A stretch of DNA of 64,000 bases from Aggregatilineales bacterium (lineage in GTDB: Bacteria; Chloroflexota; Anaerolineae; Aggregatilineales; Ch27), in contig JARKNX010000025.1 in the NCBI GenBank assembly GCA_029976025.1, forward strand, positions 184 through 64,183. The letters are read 5' to 3'. Of this stretch, positions 52,650 to 62,115 are shown in pieces (the first letter of the stretch is position 1; each line of letters begins with the position of its first letter). The notes beneath the pieces were generated by a model, which was not told where the DNA came from, did not search any database, and worked only from the letters and a program-made list of their open reading frames with translations. Both the position numbers and the translations under genes were made by a program.

Positions 52650-54029
52650 ATGAAAACGCGCAAATGGTCAATGGTCTACTTGAGCGCCCTGACGGTGCTG
52701 GGCATGCTGATTGTGCTCGGCTGGGCCGGGCTTAGCCCGCGTCCGGTTGCAGCGCAGGGTCAGGTCACGGTCACCCTGGGTTCCTGGGACGATGAGAATG
52801 GCAATATCCGTCACCAGGCCGCCATTAATGACTTCATGGCGGTTTACCCGGATATCACCGTGGAGATTCTGCCGAATCCTGGCGGCGACTGGCATACCCG
52901 CATCCTGACGCAGATCGCAGCCGGCGACCTGCCTGATGTCTATATGGCGGACTCCAGCTTCGTCCCGCTCTATGTCGAGTCTGGCGGTCTGGTTGATCTG
53001 CGGCCTTACATCGAGAATCCCGATCCGGCAATAGGCTTCGACCCCTACGAAATCTTCTACCCCGCTGTTTACGAGAATGGTTTCTACCAGGGCGATCCCT
53101 ACGTGCTGGCCAAGGACTACAGCACGGTTGCCATCTACGCCAACAAGGCGCTGTTTGATGCCGCTGGTATCGCGCTGCCTGAAGAAGGCTGGACCTACGA
53201 CGACCTGCTGGATGTCGCCCAGCAGCTCACGGTAGATGCCAACGGCAACAACGCCGCCAGCCCGGACTTCGATCCGGAGAATATCGTCCAGTACGGCATG
53301 GATCATCGCGGCGACTGGTGGCGCGGCTTCCAGACTACGATCTACTCGTTCGGCTCGCACACCATCAGCGATGATGGCACCACTCTGGACGGCTACATCA
53401 ACAGCCCGGAGACAATCGCGGCACTGGAGTGGATGCGCGATGCTGTGCACGAATATCACGTGGCGCCGAGCACTAACTGGATTTCGGCGCTGCCCGGCGG
53501 CGTGATGCCGCTCTTCCTGGACGGCCAGATTGCCATGATCTTCGGCATGGGCCCGTGGTTCCTGAGCATGCTGGAAGAACAACCCGCTTTCCAGTATGCC
53601 ATTCTGCCGATGCCGACCGGCCCCGGCGGCCACCATGGCGCCGTCTGCTGGGCGGGCTTTGGCCTGTCACCGAACAGCGAGCATCCGGACGAAGCCTGGC
53701 TGCTCCTGCGCGCTCTGGGGACCGAGATCGGCCAGCGCCACTATGGCGAGCACGCTCTGTCTTCGATGCCGATAATCATGGAAGACAAGACCGATCACCC
53801 GTTCTGGGGCACCTTCATCCGGGAAGCCGAATTCCTGGCTCCGCTGGATGACCTGACAAATCCCTACTACGGGCAGTGCGTCGGCACGCCGGCAGGCCAG
53901 CAGATCACGGCTGTCCTCTTCGGCGATGAGGGCGCAGATATGGATGTTGCGGAACTGGTCAACCAGGTGACGCCGGAGTTTCAGGCCTGCCTGGATAACC
54001 AGGGCGAAATGCCGGAATCCGGTAGCTAG
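52650..54029 (+). CDS. ABC transporter substrate-binding protein (family 1)
   Basis: 459 aa. Leader MKTRKWSMVYLSALTVLGMLIVLGWAGL. CAGGAGGAA RBS. Confidence 0.9.
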   Translation: MKTRKWSMVYLSALTVLGMLIVLGWAGLSPRPVAAQGQVTVTLGSWDDENGNIRHQAAINDFMAVYPDITVEILPNPGGDWHTRILTQIAAGDLPDVYMADSSFVPLYVESGGLVDLRPYIENPDPAIGFDPYEIFYPAVYENGFYQGDPYVLAKDYSTVAIYANKALFDAAGIALPEEGWTYDDLLDVAQQLTVDANGNNAASPDFDPENIVQYGMDHRGDWWRGFQTTIYSFGSHTISDDGTTLDGYINSPETIAALEWMRDAVHEYHVAPSTNWISALPGGVMPLFLDGQIAMIFGMGPWFLSMLEEQPAFQYAILPMPTGPGGHHGAVCWAGFGLSPNSEHPDEAWLLLRALGTEIGQRHYGEHALSSMPIIMEDKTDHPFWGTFIREAEFLAPLDDLTNPYYGQCVGTPAGQQITAVLFGDEGADMDVAELVNQVTPEFQACLDNQGEMPESGS

Positions 54030-54065
54030 CGTTACGCGGCTGGCGGACAGCCAGCAACAAGTGCA

Positions 54066-54091
54066 GCCAGGGATGGCGAACCATCCCTGGC
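54066..54091 (+). promoter_or_regulatory. Intercistronic stem-loop after the SBP gene
   Basis: GCCAGGGATGG-cgaa-CCATCCCTGGC forms a perfect 11-bp stem with a GNRA-like loop, followed by TTGCCGCTTTC. Confidence 0.6.
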
Positions 54092-54121
54092 TTGCCGCTT
54101 TCAACAGGAGAAGGAACGCCC

Positions 54122-55045
54122 ATGAGCAACATCCGCACCAGGATTCCTATCCTGAATCTGAATCCACGCGCCCGGCGAGAGGCGCTCGTCTTTTACCTGA
54201 TGATCTCGCCCTGGCTGATCGGCCTCGTCCTGTTCATTGTTTATCCGATGGCCCGATCGCTGTATCTATCCTTCACGCGTTACCAGATCGGCCACGAACC
54301 AATCGTGACCGGGCTGGGCAACTTCAACCGCCTGCTCGAAGATGGCGACTTCTGGCGGTCGCTCCGGGTGACGCTGCTCTATGTCCTCGGCAGCGTGCCT
54401 GGCCAGACCGCGATCGCTATCGGCATCGCCCTGCTGCTGGCCCAGAAAATACGTGGGGTGAACTTCTGGCGCACCATTTATTTTTTGCCTTCCGTCGTCA
54501 GCGCGGTGGCAATCGCCGTGCTGTGGTTTTACGTGTTCAACCCGCAGTACGGCCTGGTCAACACCCTGCTGGCCGCGATTGGCATCAAAGGCCCGGGCTG
54601 GGTGTTCGACGAAAACTGGGCTTTGCCATCGCTGATTCTGATGAGCTGGTGGACGGTCGGCGCTCAGGTCGTCATCTACCTGGCCGGCATCAAAGCCATC
54701 CCCCAGGTTTTGTACGAAGCCGTCGAGATCGACGGCGGCGGGAGCTGGGCCAGGTTCCGCCACGTCACGCTGCCAATGCTCAGCCCGGTGATCTTCTTCA
54801 ACCTGATTCTGGGACTGATCAACGCCTTTCAGGTATTTGACGGCCCGATGGTGCTGACCAACGGCGGCCCTAATAAAGCCACGCTGACTTATATGCTCAA
54901 TCTCTACAAGCAGGCCTTCGACTTCGGCAACCTGGGGTACGCTTCCACCCTGGCCTGGGTGCTGTTCCTCATCATCATGGGGCTTACGGCGCTGGTCCTC
55001 CGTTCTTCGGCCCTGTGGGTCTATTACGAATCGGAGCAGCGATAA
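54122..55045 (+). CDS. ABC sugar permease (MalF type)
   Basis: ORF from 54092. ATG 54122 follows AGGAGAAGGA. EAA loop YEAVEIDGGGSWARFRHVTLPML. Confidence 0.9.
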   Translation: MSNIRTRIPILNLNPRARREALVFYLMISPWLIGLVLFIVYPMARSLYLSFTRYQIGHEPIVTGLGNFNRLLEDGDFWRSLRVTLLYVLGSVPGQTAIAIGIALLLAQKIRGVNFWRTIYFLPSVVSAVAIAVLWFYVFNPQYGLVNTLLAAIGIKGPGWVFDENWALPSLILMSWWTVGAQVVIYLAGIKAIPQVLYEAVEIDGGGSWARFRHVTLPMLSPVIFFNLILGLINAFQVFDGPMVLTNGGPNKATLTYMLNLYKQAFDFGNLGYASTLAWVLFLIIMGLTALVLRSSALWVYYESEQR

Positions 55046-57009
55046 TGTCTACCATCGACGAGACCCGGCGATCCGCCGCACAGAACACCCTGCTGAATCG
55101 CCCCGGCGGGCTGCACCTTTCCCAGTCCACCGGGCGGTTTATCGGCAAGGTTTTCACCTACACACTGCTAACCATCGGGGCAGCGGTCATGTTCTTCCCG
55201 ATGTTCTGGATGCTGACCGCCAGCCTGAAGCCGGAATGGCAGATTCTCACCGAGCCAATCTCGATTCCATCCGAATGGGTGCACGTCCAGGCCGGCAATA
55301 CCGTCCAGGAACTCCCGCTGTGGAACACGACCAACCCCGCCGGTGAACAAGAAGAAGTCATCACTATCGGCACACGCCGCTACACCACCGTCATTGATCT
55401 GAACCAGCTCACGGAGGACATGCTGATCTCCGCCCCTGCTGATGCGCTTGGCGAGACGCAGCCGACCGAAGTGGGGAATGTGGTGCTGAACGTGCGAACC
55501 CTGACGCGGGAGGATGGCAGCCAGATTCCGGTCGCCTCGCTGGCCCGCGACGGCGGCAATATCCTCGTCGCGCCAGTGGAGGCGCTGACCGCTGTGGCGT
55601 CCCGCATGGCCCTGGCCGAAGTCAACGCCGGGGAGCGGGTCACGGTCGAGGTGGGCGATGCCAGCTTCAAAGGCCGGCAGGTATCGGACGGCCCTGCTGT
55701 GCTGGCGCTTGGCCCGGAGTCTGAGCTGACGATTGTAGGCCCAAAGGCGATTGCAGAGCAGGCGATCCTCGTCCCGGCCGAAGTCCCGGTCGGGGAAAGC
55801 CTGGTCCCGATCGGCAATACGGAGCTATTACATTACTCGCTGCAAGGCTACCCTGCGGATGAGTACTATGTCCAGTTAAGCTCAGAAACCTGGCAGCCGG
55901 TGATTGACCTGTCGGACGTAAACGCCAGCGCCTTTGCTGTGGAGAATGCGCGGCTTTCTGAAGAAGTCACGACCCGCACTTTCAATCTGGCAGCTATGCC
56001 AGTCCGCACCCTGACCGGGGAAGACGGAAGCCAGGCCGAGGTCGTAGTCCTGATCCGGACTGCGGCGACGTCGCTGGTAATCCCGGTGGAGGACGCCGGG
56101 TCGATCCGCCTGTCGCCGATCTCCAGGCTGGCCGAGCCGTTTGTGCTCAACATCGGCGGGATACCGGTCCGCTACCGCGACGACTATGTTGAGCATGGCG
56201 AGGAACAGAGCGTCGCCATTGTCGGGGAGCGGCTGAACATGTCCCTGGTCGCGCCGCAAACGGCAATTACAGAAGCCTTCGATGTGGCGTCCAATTCACT
56301 CACGCGTGTGACCCGGCTGCGCCTGTACTACGAGAACTATATAGAGGCTCTTTCGAAGGACCTGGGCGGGGCGACTTTCTTCACCTTCTTCGGCAATTCA
56401 ACCCTGCTGGTGATTCTGAACTGGCTCGGCCATTTCTTTTCGGTCACGGTCGTCGCCTATGCCTTCGCCCGTCTGCGCGCGCCGGGCAAGAATATCCTGT
56501 TCATTATCCTGCTCTCAACCATGATGCTGCCCTGGCCGGTCATGCTCATCCCCCAGTACGAGATATTCAGCAGGCTGAAGATGATCAACACGCTGTGGCC
56601 ATTGTTCATCCGCTCCTTCTTCGGCAACGCCTTCCTGATCTTTTTGCTGCGCCAGTTCTTCATGGGCATCCCGCAGGAACTGGAGGATGCGGCGCGCATT
56701 GACGGGGCCAATACGTTACAGGTCCTGTGGAATGTCATGCTGCCCTTGAGCAAGCCCGCTCTGGCGACCATCGCTATCTTCACCTTCTGGTGGACCTGGA
56801 ACTCGTTCTTTGAACCCTATATCTACCTGAGCAGCCCCAAAAACTACACGGTCTCGCTGGGCCTGGGCTTCTTCAAGAGCCAGTACCGGTATACGTTCCA
56901 CCTGCTGATGTCCGCCTCTGTGGTGGCCATCCTGCCGATCATTCTGATTTTCTTCTTCGCTCAGCGCTACTTCATCGAAGGCATTCAGCTCACCGGCCTG
57001 AAGGGGTAG
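55045..57009 (+). CDS. ABC sugar permease (MalG type) with a roughly 370-aa extracytoplasmic insertion
   Basis: TAATG stop/start overlap at 55043-55047. TM1 is FTYTLLTIGAAVMFFPMFWMLTASLKP, followed by about 370 non-hydrophobic residues. The normal MalG core then resumes (FGNSTLLVILNWLGHFF...; EAA loop LEDAARIDGANTLQVLWNVMLPL). Confidence 0.88.
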   Translation: MSTIDETRRSAAQNTLLNRPGGLHLSQSTGRFIGKVFTYTLLTIGAAVMFFPMFWMLTASLKPEWQILTEPISIPSEWVHVQAGNTVQELPLWNTTNPAGEQEEVITIGTRRYTTVIDLNQLTEDMLISAPADALGETQPTEVGNVVLNVRTLTREDGSQIPVASLARDGGNILVAPVEALTAVASRMALAEVNAGERVTVEVGDASFKGRQVSDGPAVLALGPESELTIVGPKAIAEQAILVPAEVPVGESLVPIGNTELLHYSLQGYPADEYYVQLSSETWQPVIDLSDVNASAFAVENARLSEEVTTRTFNLAAMPVRTLTGEDGSQAEVVVLIRTAATSLVIPVEDAGSIRLSPISRLAEPFVLNIGGIPVRYRDDYVEHGEEQSVAIVGERLNMSLVAPQTAITEAFDVASNSLTRVTRLRLYYENYIEALSKDLGGATFFTFFGNSTLLVILNWLGHFFSVTVVAYAFARLRAPGKNILFIILLSTMMLPWPVMLIPQYEIFSRLKMINTLWPLFIRSFFGNAFLIFLLRQFFMGIPQELEDAARIDGANTLQVLWNVMLPLSKPALATIAIFTFWWTWNSFFEPYIYLSSPKNYTVSLGLGFFKSQYRYTFHLLMSASVVAILPIILIFFFAQRYFIEGIQLTGLKG

Positions 57010-57081
57010 CGCGCATTGTCGTACTATAGCAGGCCGGCAGAGGGGCCGTCGCTCCGCCGCGCATAGACAGGTGAGACACGT

Positions 57082-59400
57082 ATGACAAACGCCCGGCAGG
57101 GGCTATCCAACGGACAAATGCGAGGGGCGCTGGTCGTTATCTTCGCCCTGTCGGGGGTCGGGCTGGCTTATGAGGTGGCCCTCACCCGGCTGTTTTCGCT
57201 CATCTTTCAGTATCACTACGTCTTCCTGATTGTGTCGCTGGCGGTCGCCGGGCTGGGCATTGGCGCTGCCCTGGCTACTCTGGCCGTGCGCGGCGAGAAC
57301 AGAGGCCCCGGGTGGGCGGACCTGGCCAATGTCGCCGCCCTGCTGACCCTGCTGCTGCTGGGAAACGCCGCCCTGCTGGCCCTGCTGCGCTCGGCCATGC
57401 TGCTTGTAGTCTTCGCGGCGGCGCTGCTGCCGTTCATCGCTATCGGTTTCCTGAACGCGGCGCTGTTCAGCCGTTTCGCTCGCAGGAGCGGCATCCTGTA
57501 CGCTGCGGACCTGATCGGCGGCGTAGTAGGTCTGGCCGCCATCCTGGTTTTGCTGGGCTGGATCGGCGCGTTTGACGGCGTCATTCTCCTGGCCGCTCTG
57601 TGCGCTTTCGTCGCCGTCCTGCTGGCCCGGATGGGTCAGGATCGGGCGCTGCAAAAACGGCTGGTCGCGCTGGCGGTCATCCCGCTCGCCATCCTCATCC
57701 TCAGCCGGCTGACCGGCCTGATCGCCTTTCAACCGGCCAACATCGCCGACGCCCCGCCGGATAAAACGCTGATGCAGACGCTTCAGGACCCGGAGGCGAC
57801 GTTACTGGAGACGCGGTGGGACCCATTCGCCCGCCTGGATGTGGTGGCGACCGGGGATGAGGCCGTGCGTTACGTATTCACTGACGCCGGGGCCGGCAGC
57901 ACCATGGTCCGCTACAGCGGAGATGACCGGGCGGTTCGCTGGCTTCAGCGGGAAGTCGCCTATCTGCCTTTCACCCCGGGCGCAGGGCAAACAGACAGCG
58001 TGCTGATCCTGGGCGCCGGGGCCGGCAAAGACGTGCTGATGGCCTACCTGGCCGGGGCGCAAACTATCACGGCAGTCGAGATCAACCCCACCCTGATCGA
58101 TCTGACCCGCGACGCCGCTGACTATAACGGCGGCGTGCTGGACCTGCCCGGCGTCGAGACCTTCGTCATGGATGGGCGCAACTATATCGAGCGGACAGAC
58201 CGCCTGTACGATCTGATCTACGCCAACATCGTCTACAGTCAGGCCGCCCCGCCAGCCAGCTCCGCGCTGGCGGAAAACTATATCTTCACGCAGGAGGCGC
58301 TGCACGCCTACTGGAGCCACCTGACCGAAGACGGCCGTATCGCTTTCGTCACCCATCACGGCATCGAGGGCGTGCGGCTGCTGCTGGCCGCCCTGACTAT
58401 GCTGCGGGACGAAGGCATGACGCTCCAGGAGGCGCTGGGGCATGTGGCGCTGGCCACACTGCGCGGCGGCGATCCGCAGACGCGCACCTCCGTCGTCCTG
58501 ATCACCCGCCAGCCGTGGACCATTGACAGCGCCAACGCCTTCGCCGGGACAGCCCATGCCATCAATGTCGGTCTGTTATATCTGCCCGGGTTTCAGGAGC
58601 TGGCCCTCTCCGGCCTGCTCTCCGGCTTCACCACCCTGAACGAGTACATCGCCGCCAACTCCGATTACAATTACACCCCCACCACTGACGACAGCCCGTT
58701 CTTCTACCAGTTCACTCCCGGCCTGCCGGGCGGGCTGTCCGACCTGCTGCTGTTGAGCGCAATGCTGATCTTTGCCTACTTCTCCTGGCTATCCTTCTTC
58801 TTTGTGCGGCAGGATGGCAGCCAGTGGACGCGGATCGGCCTGGCCCCCTATTTCGGCCTGCTGGGGGCGGCCTTCATGCTGATCGAAATCCCTTTGATAC
58901 AGCGCTTCGGCCTGCTGCTGGGGCAGCCGATTCTGGCGCTGGTTGTCGTGGTGGGCGCGCTGCTGCTCGGCGGCGGGCTGGGGAGCCTGTTCAGCAGCCT
59001 CGTGCCCACGGAGCGCATGCCGCGCCTGGCCGGCGCTTTCGCGATGCTGGTCGGCGCGACGGCGCTGCTTTCGCTGGCCCTTTACCCGGCCCTGATACGC
59101 TGGGCGCTGCCCTTTGAGCTGCCCGCCCGGGTGGCGGTCACCATCGCCGCCCTGCTGCCGGCCGGCTTCCTGATGGGCGTGTGCTTCCCCGGCGGCCTGC
59201 GCGTCGCTCACCAGGTGGACCCGCGAGCCATACCCGCCTTCTACGGCAGCAATGCCGTGACATCTGTGCTCGGCTCAGCCCTGGCGATGGCGCTGGCGAT
59301 CAGCATCGGCTTTTCGGCGGCTCTGGTCCTGGGCGCAGTATTTTACGGCCTGGCCGCCGCTCTGGCTTTCCTGACCTGGCCCCGTATGCTTGCGAGGTAA
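57082..59400 (+). CDS. Polytopic membrane protein fused to a spermidine-synthase-like (class I SAM-fold) domain
   Basis: 772 aa. About 7 N-terminal and about 6 C-terminal hydrophobic spans flank a soluble domain with VLILGAGAGKDVLMAYLAGAQTITAVEINPTLIDLTRD...FVMDGRNYI...YDLIY. Confidence 0.8.
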   Translation: MTNARQGLSNGQMRGALVVIFALSGVGLAYEVALTRLFSLIFQYHYVFLIVSLAVAGLGIGAALATLAVRGENRGPGWADLANVAALLTLLLLGNAALLALLRSAMLLVVFAAALLPFIAIGFLNAALFSRFARRSGILYAADLIGGVVGLAAILVLLGWIGAFDGVILLAALCAFVAVLLARMGQDRALQKRLVALAVIPLAILILSRLTGLIAFQPANIADAPPDKTLMQTLQDPEATLLETRWDPFARLDVVATGDEAVRYVFTDAGAGSTMVRYSGDDRAVRWLQREVAYLPFTPGAGQTDSVLILGAGAGKDVLMAYLAGAQTITAVEINPTLIDLTRDAADYNGGVLDLPGVETFVMDGRNYIERTDRLYDLIYANIVYSQAAPPASSALAENYIFTQEALHAYWSHLTEDGRIAFVTHHGIEGVRLLLAALTMLRDEGMTLQEALGHVALATLRGGDPQTRTSVVLITRQPWTIDSANAFAGTAHAINVGLLYLPGFQELALSGLLSGFTTLNEYIAANSDYNYTPTTDDSPFFYQFTPGLPGGLSDLLLLSAMLIFAYFSWLSFFFVRQDGSQWTRIGLAPYFGLLGAAFMLIEIPLIQRFGLLLGQPILALVVVVGALLLGGGLGSLFSSLVPTERMPRLAGAFAMLVGATALLSLALYPALIRWALPFELPARVAVTIAALLPAGFLMGVCFPGGLRVAHQVDPRAIPAFYGSNAVTSVLGSALAMALAISIGFSAALVLGAVFYGLAAALAFLTWPRMLAR

Positions 59401-59403
59401 TTT

Positions 59404-62073
59404 ATGAATCAGTGGCACAACGACCTGGCCGATACGCTCCCGCTGGATGGCCCGTGGCAGCTCACCCTGGCCGGGCAGGATGCAATCGCGCAGGTTCCCG
59501 GCTCCTGGGAAGCGCAGGGCTACCCCCGGCGCGTGGACGGCCCGGCCGTCTACCGGCGGCGGATCGCCATCCCGGCGGGCTGGATGGGCCGGCACGTCCA
59601 GTTGCAATGTGATGCGGCCAGCTATCACACCGAGGTGCGGGTCAACGGCGCCGTCGTTGGAGAGCACACCGGCTCGTGGTCGCCCTTCGCCATCGACATC
59701 ACCGCCGCCCTCCGCCCCGGCGTCGAAAACGACTTTGAGCTGACTCTTTACAAGCAGGGGGAGCGTTACCCGCTCCGCGAGTCGCTGGCCGGCTTCCTGC
59801 CGGACGTGGCTATGATGTTCGGCGGCCTGTGGCAGTCCGTGCGTCTGGTCGCATTTGACGGCCCGGCCCTGAGCGATATCACCGTGCTGGCCGACGCTGC
59901 AGCGGGGGCGCTGACTGTGACCGCCAGGATACAGGGCGTCAATGGGCCTGCTCTGGCGACAGTCCGCGTGAAAGCTCCCGATGGTGAGGTGGTGGCCGTC
60001 TGGGGCGCTGAGCAGACCGGCAGCCTGCGGGCGACGCTGACCATCGATCAACCCGCTTTATGGAGTCCAGACCATCCGGCCCTCTACACGGTCGAAGTCA
60101 CGGTGCGGGACGGCGACGGACAGCAGGCCCGCGTCCGGCGCCAGGCGGGCTTCCGCGCCCTGACGCACGATGGCGATCAGCTCCTGTTCAACAATACGCC
60201 CGTCTGCCTGCGCGGCGTGCTGAACTGGGGCTGGTATCCGGACGTGCTATGCCCGGCGCCTGACGAAGCCACTATCCGGGCGGAGTTTGCGCGGGTGCGC
60301 CGGCTGGGCTTCAACCTGATCAAGCTGTGCCTGTACGTGCCCTCGGCGCGCTATCTGGAGCTTGCCGATGAGGAGGGCATGTTCCTCTGGCTGGAGCTGC
60401 CGATGTGGCTGCCGGAAGTCACGCCCCGCCTCCGCCAGCAGGCGCCGGCGGAGTACGCCGAAATCCTGTCCGCCGTCCACCACCACCCTTCCATCATCCT
60501 GTACAGCCTGGGCTGCGAACTCTCCCACGCGGTGGATGCCGAAATGATCGAGCAGCTTGACACGATTGTGCGGGGGGGGACAGTCGGCGCGCTGCACTGC
60601 GACAACAGCGGCTCCGGCGAAGCCTACGGCGGGCTGTCCTTCGATTTCGCCGACTTCAACGACTACCACTTCTACTGCGACCTCCAGTACTTCGAGCCGC
60701 TGGTGGATCACTTCAGCCGCGACTGGCGGCCGCCGCGCCCCTGGATATTCGGCGAATTCTGCGACGCCGACGACTACCGCGACCTGGCGGAGATCGCCGC
60801 CGCCCGCGGCGGGGAGCTTCCCTGGTGGCTGACCGAGTGGAATCCGCTGCACTCGCAGGCGTTCGTCGGCTATCCGGCGCAGCAGGAGCGTATGCGGGCG
60901 CTTGATCTCGGCGGGCTGGACGATTCGGCGCTCCAGCGTCTCTCCCGCCAGCAGTCCTTCGTCATCCGCAAGACCATTCTGGAGAAAGTGCGGGCGCGGG
61001 CGGGGATGGGCGGCTACGTGGTGACCGGCATCCGCGACACGCCGCTTTCCACCTCCGCCATTTTCGACGATCTGAGCCGGGAGAAGTACCCCCCGCAGGA
61101 CTTCCGCCAGTTCAACGCCGATACGGTGCTCCTGCTGGGGCGCGGACGGCGACGGCTGTGGACGCACGGCGGCGATCGCCCGGTCCCCGCGGAGCCGTAC
61201 AGCTTTCTGGCCGGCCAGCCGGTGGCGCTGGATATCATCCTGGCCCACGCCGGCGCGCCGTTGCCGGGCGGAAGCCTGACCTGGGAAGTGCGCGACCAGG
61301 CGGGTCAGGCGCTGGCGCATGGCGGATGGGAGGTCCCGGGGCCGCTGCCGGGCGGCGCGCCGCGCGCCATTGGCCGCCTGACCTTCGCCGCCCCGGCGGA
61401 GGCTCCGGCTGCCCTGCGGCTGGACGTCAGCCTGCAAGCGGAAAGCGCGGCGCCGATTCGCAATGCCTGGCCGCTGTGGGTCTTCCCGGCGGTGGAAGTG
61501 TGGCCGGAGGGACTCGGCCTGCTTGACCCGGCGGGGACTCTGTTCGGGCTGGACGATCTGCGGAACGCCTCCGCTGAGGTTATCGGCGAAATATCCGGGG
61601 TCGAGGTCCTGATCACAAACACGCTGGACGGGGCTGTCCGCGCGTACCTGTCCGGCGGCGGGAAGGTGCTGCTCATCCAGAGCGGCCCGCGCCCGCTGCC
61701 CGCCCTGGGCCAGCCCTTCTGGCGGGAAGCGATCAAGCTGGTCGGCGACCACCCGATCATGAACGCACTCTCCCATGAGGGCGTCGTTGATTTGCAGTTT
61801 TACGGCCTGGCAACCGACTGGGCCTTCGATACCTCCCGGCTGGAGGAGGCGCTGCCAGAAGCGACCGGAGTTCGCGCGCTGCTGCGGCGGCTGGACGCGC
61901 GCCAGTTCCGGCTGACTGACTACCTGCTGGATATGCAGGTCGGGCGCGGACGCCTGATCGCCACCACGCTGCGCTTCGCCGGCGGCCAGGGTGACCAGCC
62001 GCCCAGTCTGCGGGGGCAGCTTGCCGGGCGCTGGCTGCTGCGCCAGTTGCTGGCCGATCTGCTGTCCTCCTGA
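59404..62073 (+). CDS. GH2-family glycosidase (beta-galactosidase/beta-mannosidase-like)
   Basis: 889 aa. GH2 sugar-binding N-terminus LDGPWQLTL...VPGSWEAQGY...AVYRRRIAIP...EVRVNGAVVGEHTGSWSPFAIDIT. TIM-barrel segment GFNLIKLCLYVP...EGMFLWLELPMW. Starts 3 nt after the previous stop. Confidence 0.85.
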   Translation: MNQWHNDLADTLPLDGPWQLTLAGQDAIAQVPGSWEAQGYPRRVDGPAVYRRRIAIPAGWMGRHVQLQCDAASYHTEVRVNGAVVGEHTGSWSPFAIDITAALRPGVENDFELTLYKQGERYPLRESLAGFLPDVAMMFGGLWQSVRLVAFDGPALSDITVLADAAAGALTVTARIQGVNGPALATVRVKAPDGEVVAVWGAEQTGSLRATLTIDQPALWSPDHPALYTVEVTVRDGDGQQARVRRQAGFRALTHDGDQLLFNNTPVCLRGVLNWGWYPDVLCPAPDEATIRAEFARVRRLGFNLIKLCLYVPSARYLELADEEGMFLWLELPMWLPEVTPRLRQQAPAEYAEILSAVHHHPSIILYSLGCELSHAVDAEMIEQLDTIVRGGTVGALHCDNSGSGEAYGGLSFDFADFNDYHFYCDLQYFEPLVDHFSRDWRPPRPWIFGEFCDADDYRDLAEIAAARGGELPWWLTEWNPLHSQAFVGYPAQQERMRALDLGGLDDSALQRLSRQQSFVIRKTILEKVRARAGMGGYVVTGIRDTPLSTSAIFDDLSREKYPPQDFRQFNADTVLLLGRGRRRLWTHGGDRPVPAEPYSFLAGQPVALDIILAHAGAPLPGGSLTWEVRDQAGQALAHGGWEVPGPLPGGAPRAIGRLTFAAPAEAPAALRLDVSLQAESAAPIRNAWPLWVFPAVEVWPEGLGLLDPAGTLFGLDDLRNASAEVIGEISGVEVLITNTLDGAVRAYLSGGGKVLLIQSGPRPLPALGQPFWREAIKLVGDHPIMNALSHEGVVDLQFYGLATDWAFDTSRLEEALPEATGVRALLRRLDARQFRLTDYLLDMQVGRGRLIATTLRFAGGQGDQPPSLRGQLAGRWLLRQLLADLLSS

Positions 62074-62115
62074 CGGCAGCCAGCCCACAACGAGAAAGGG
62101 ATCGGGGGCATCAAT

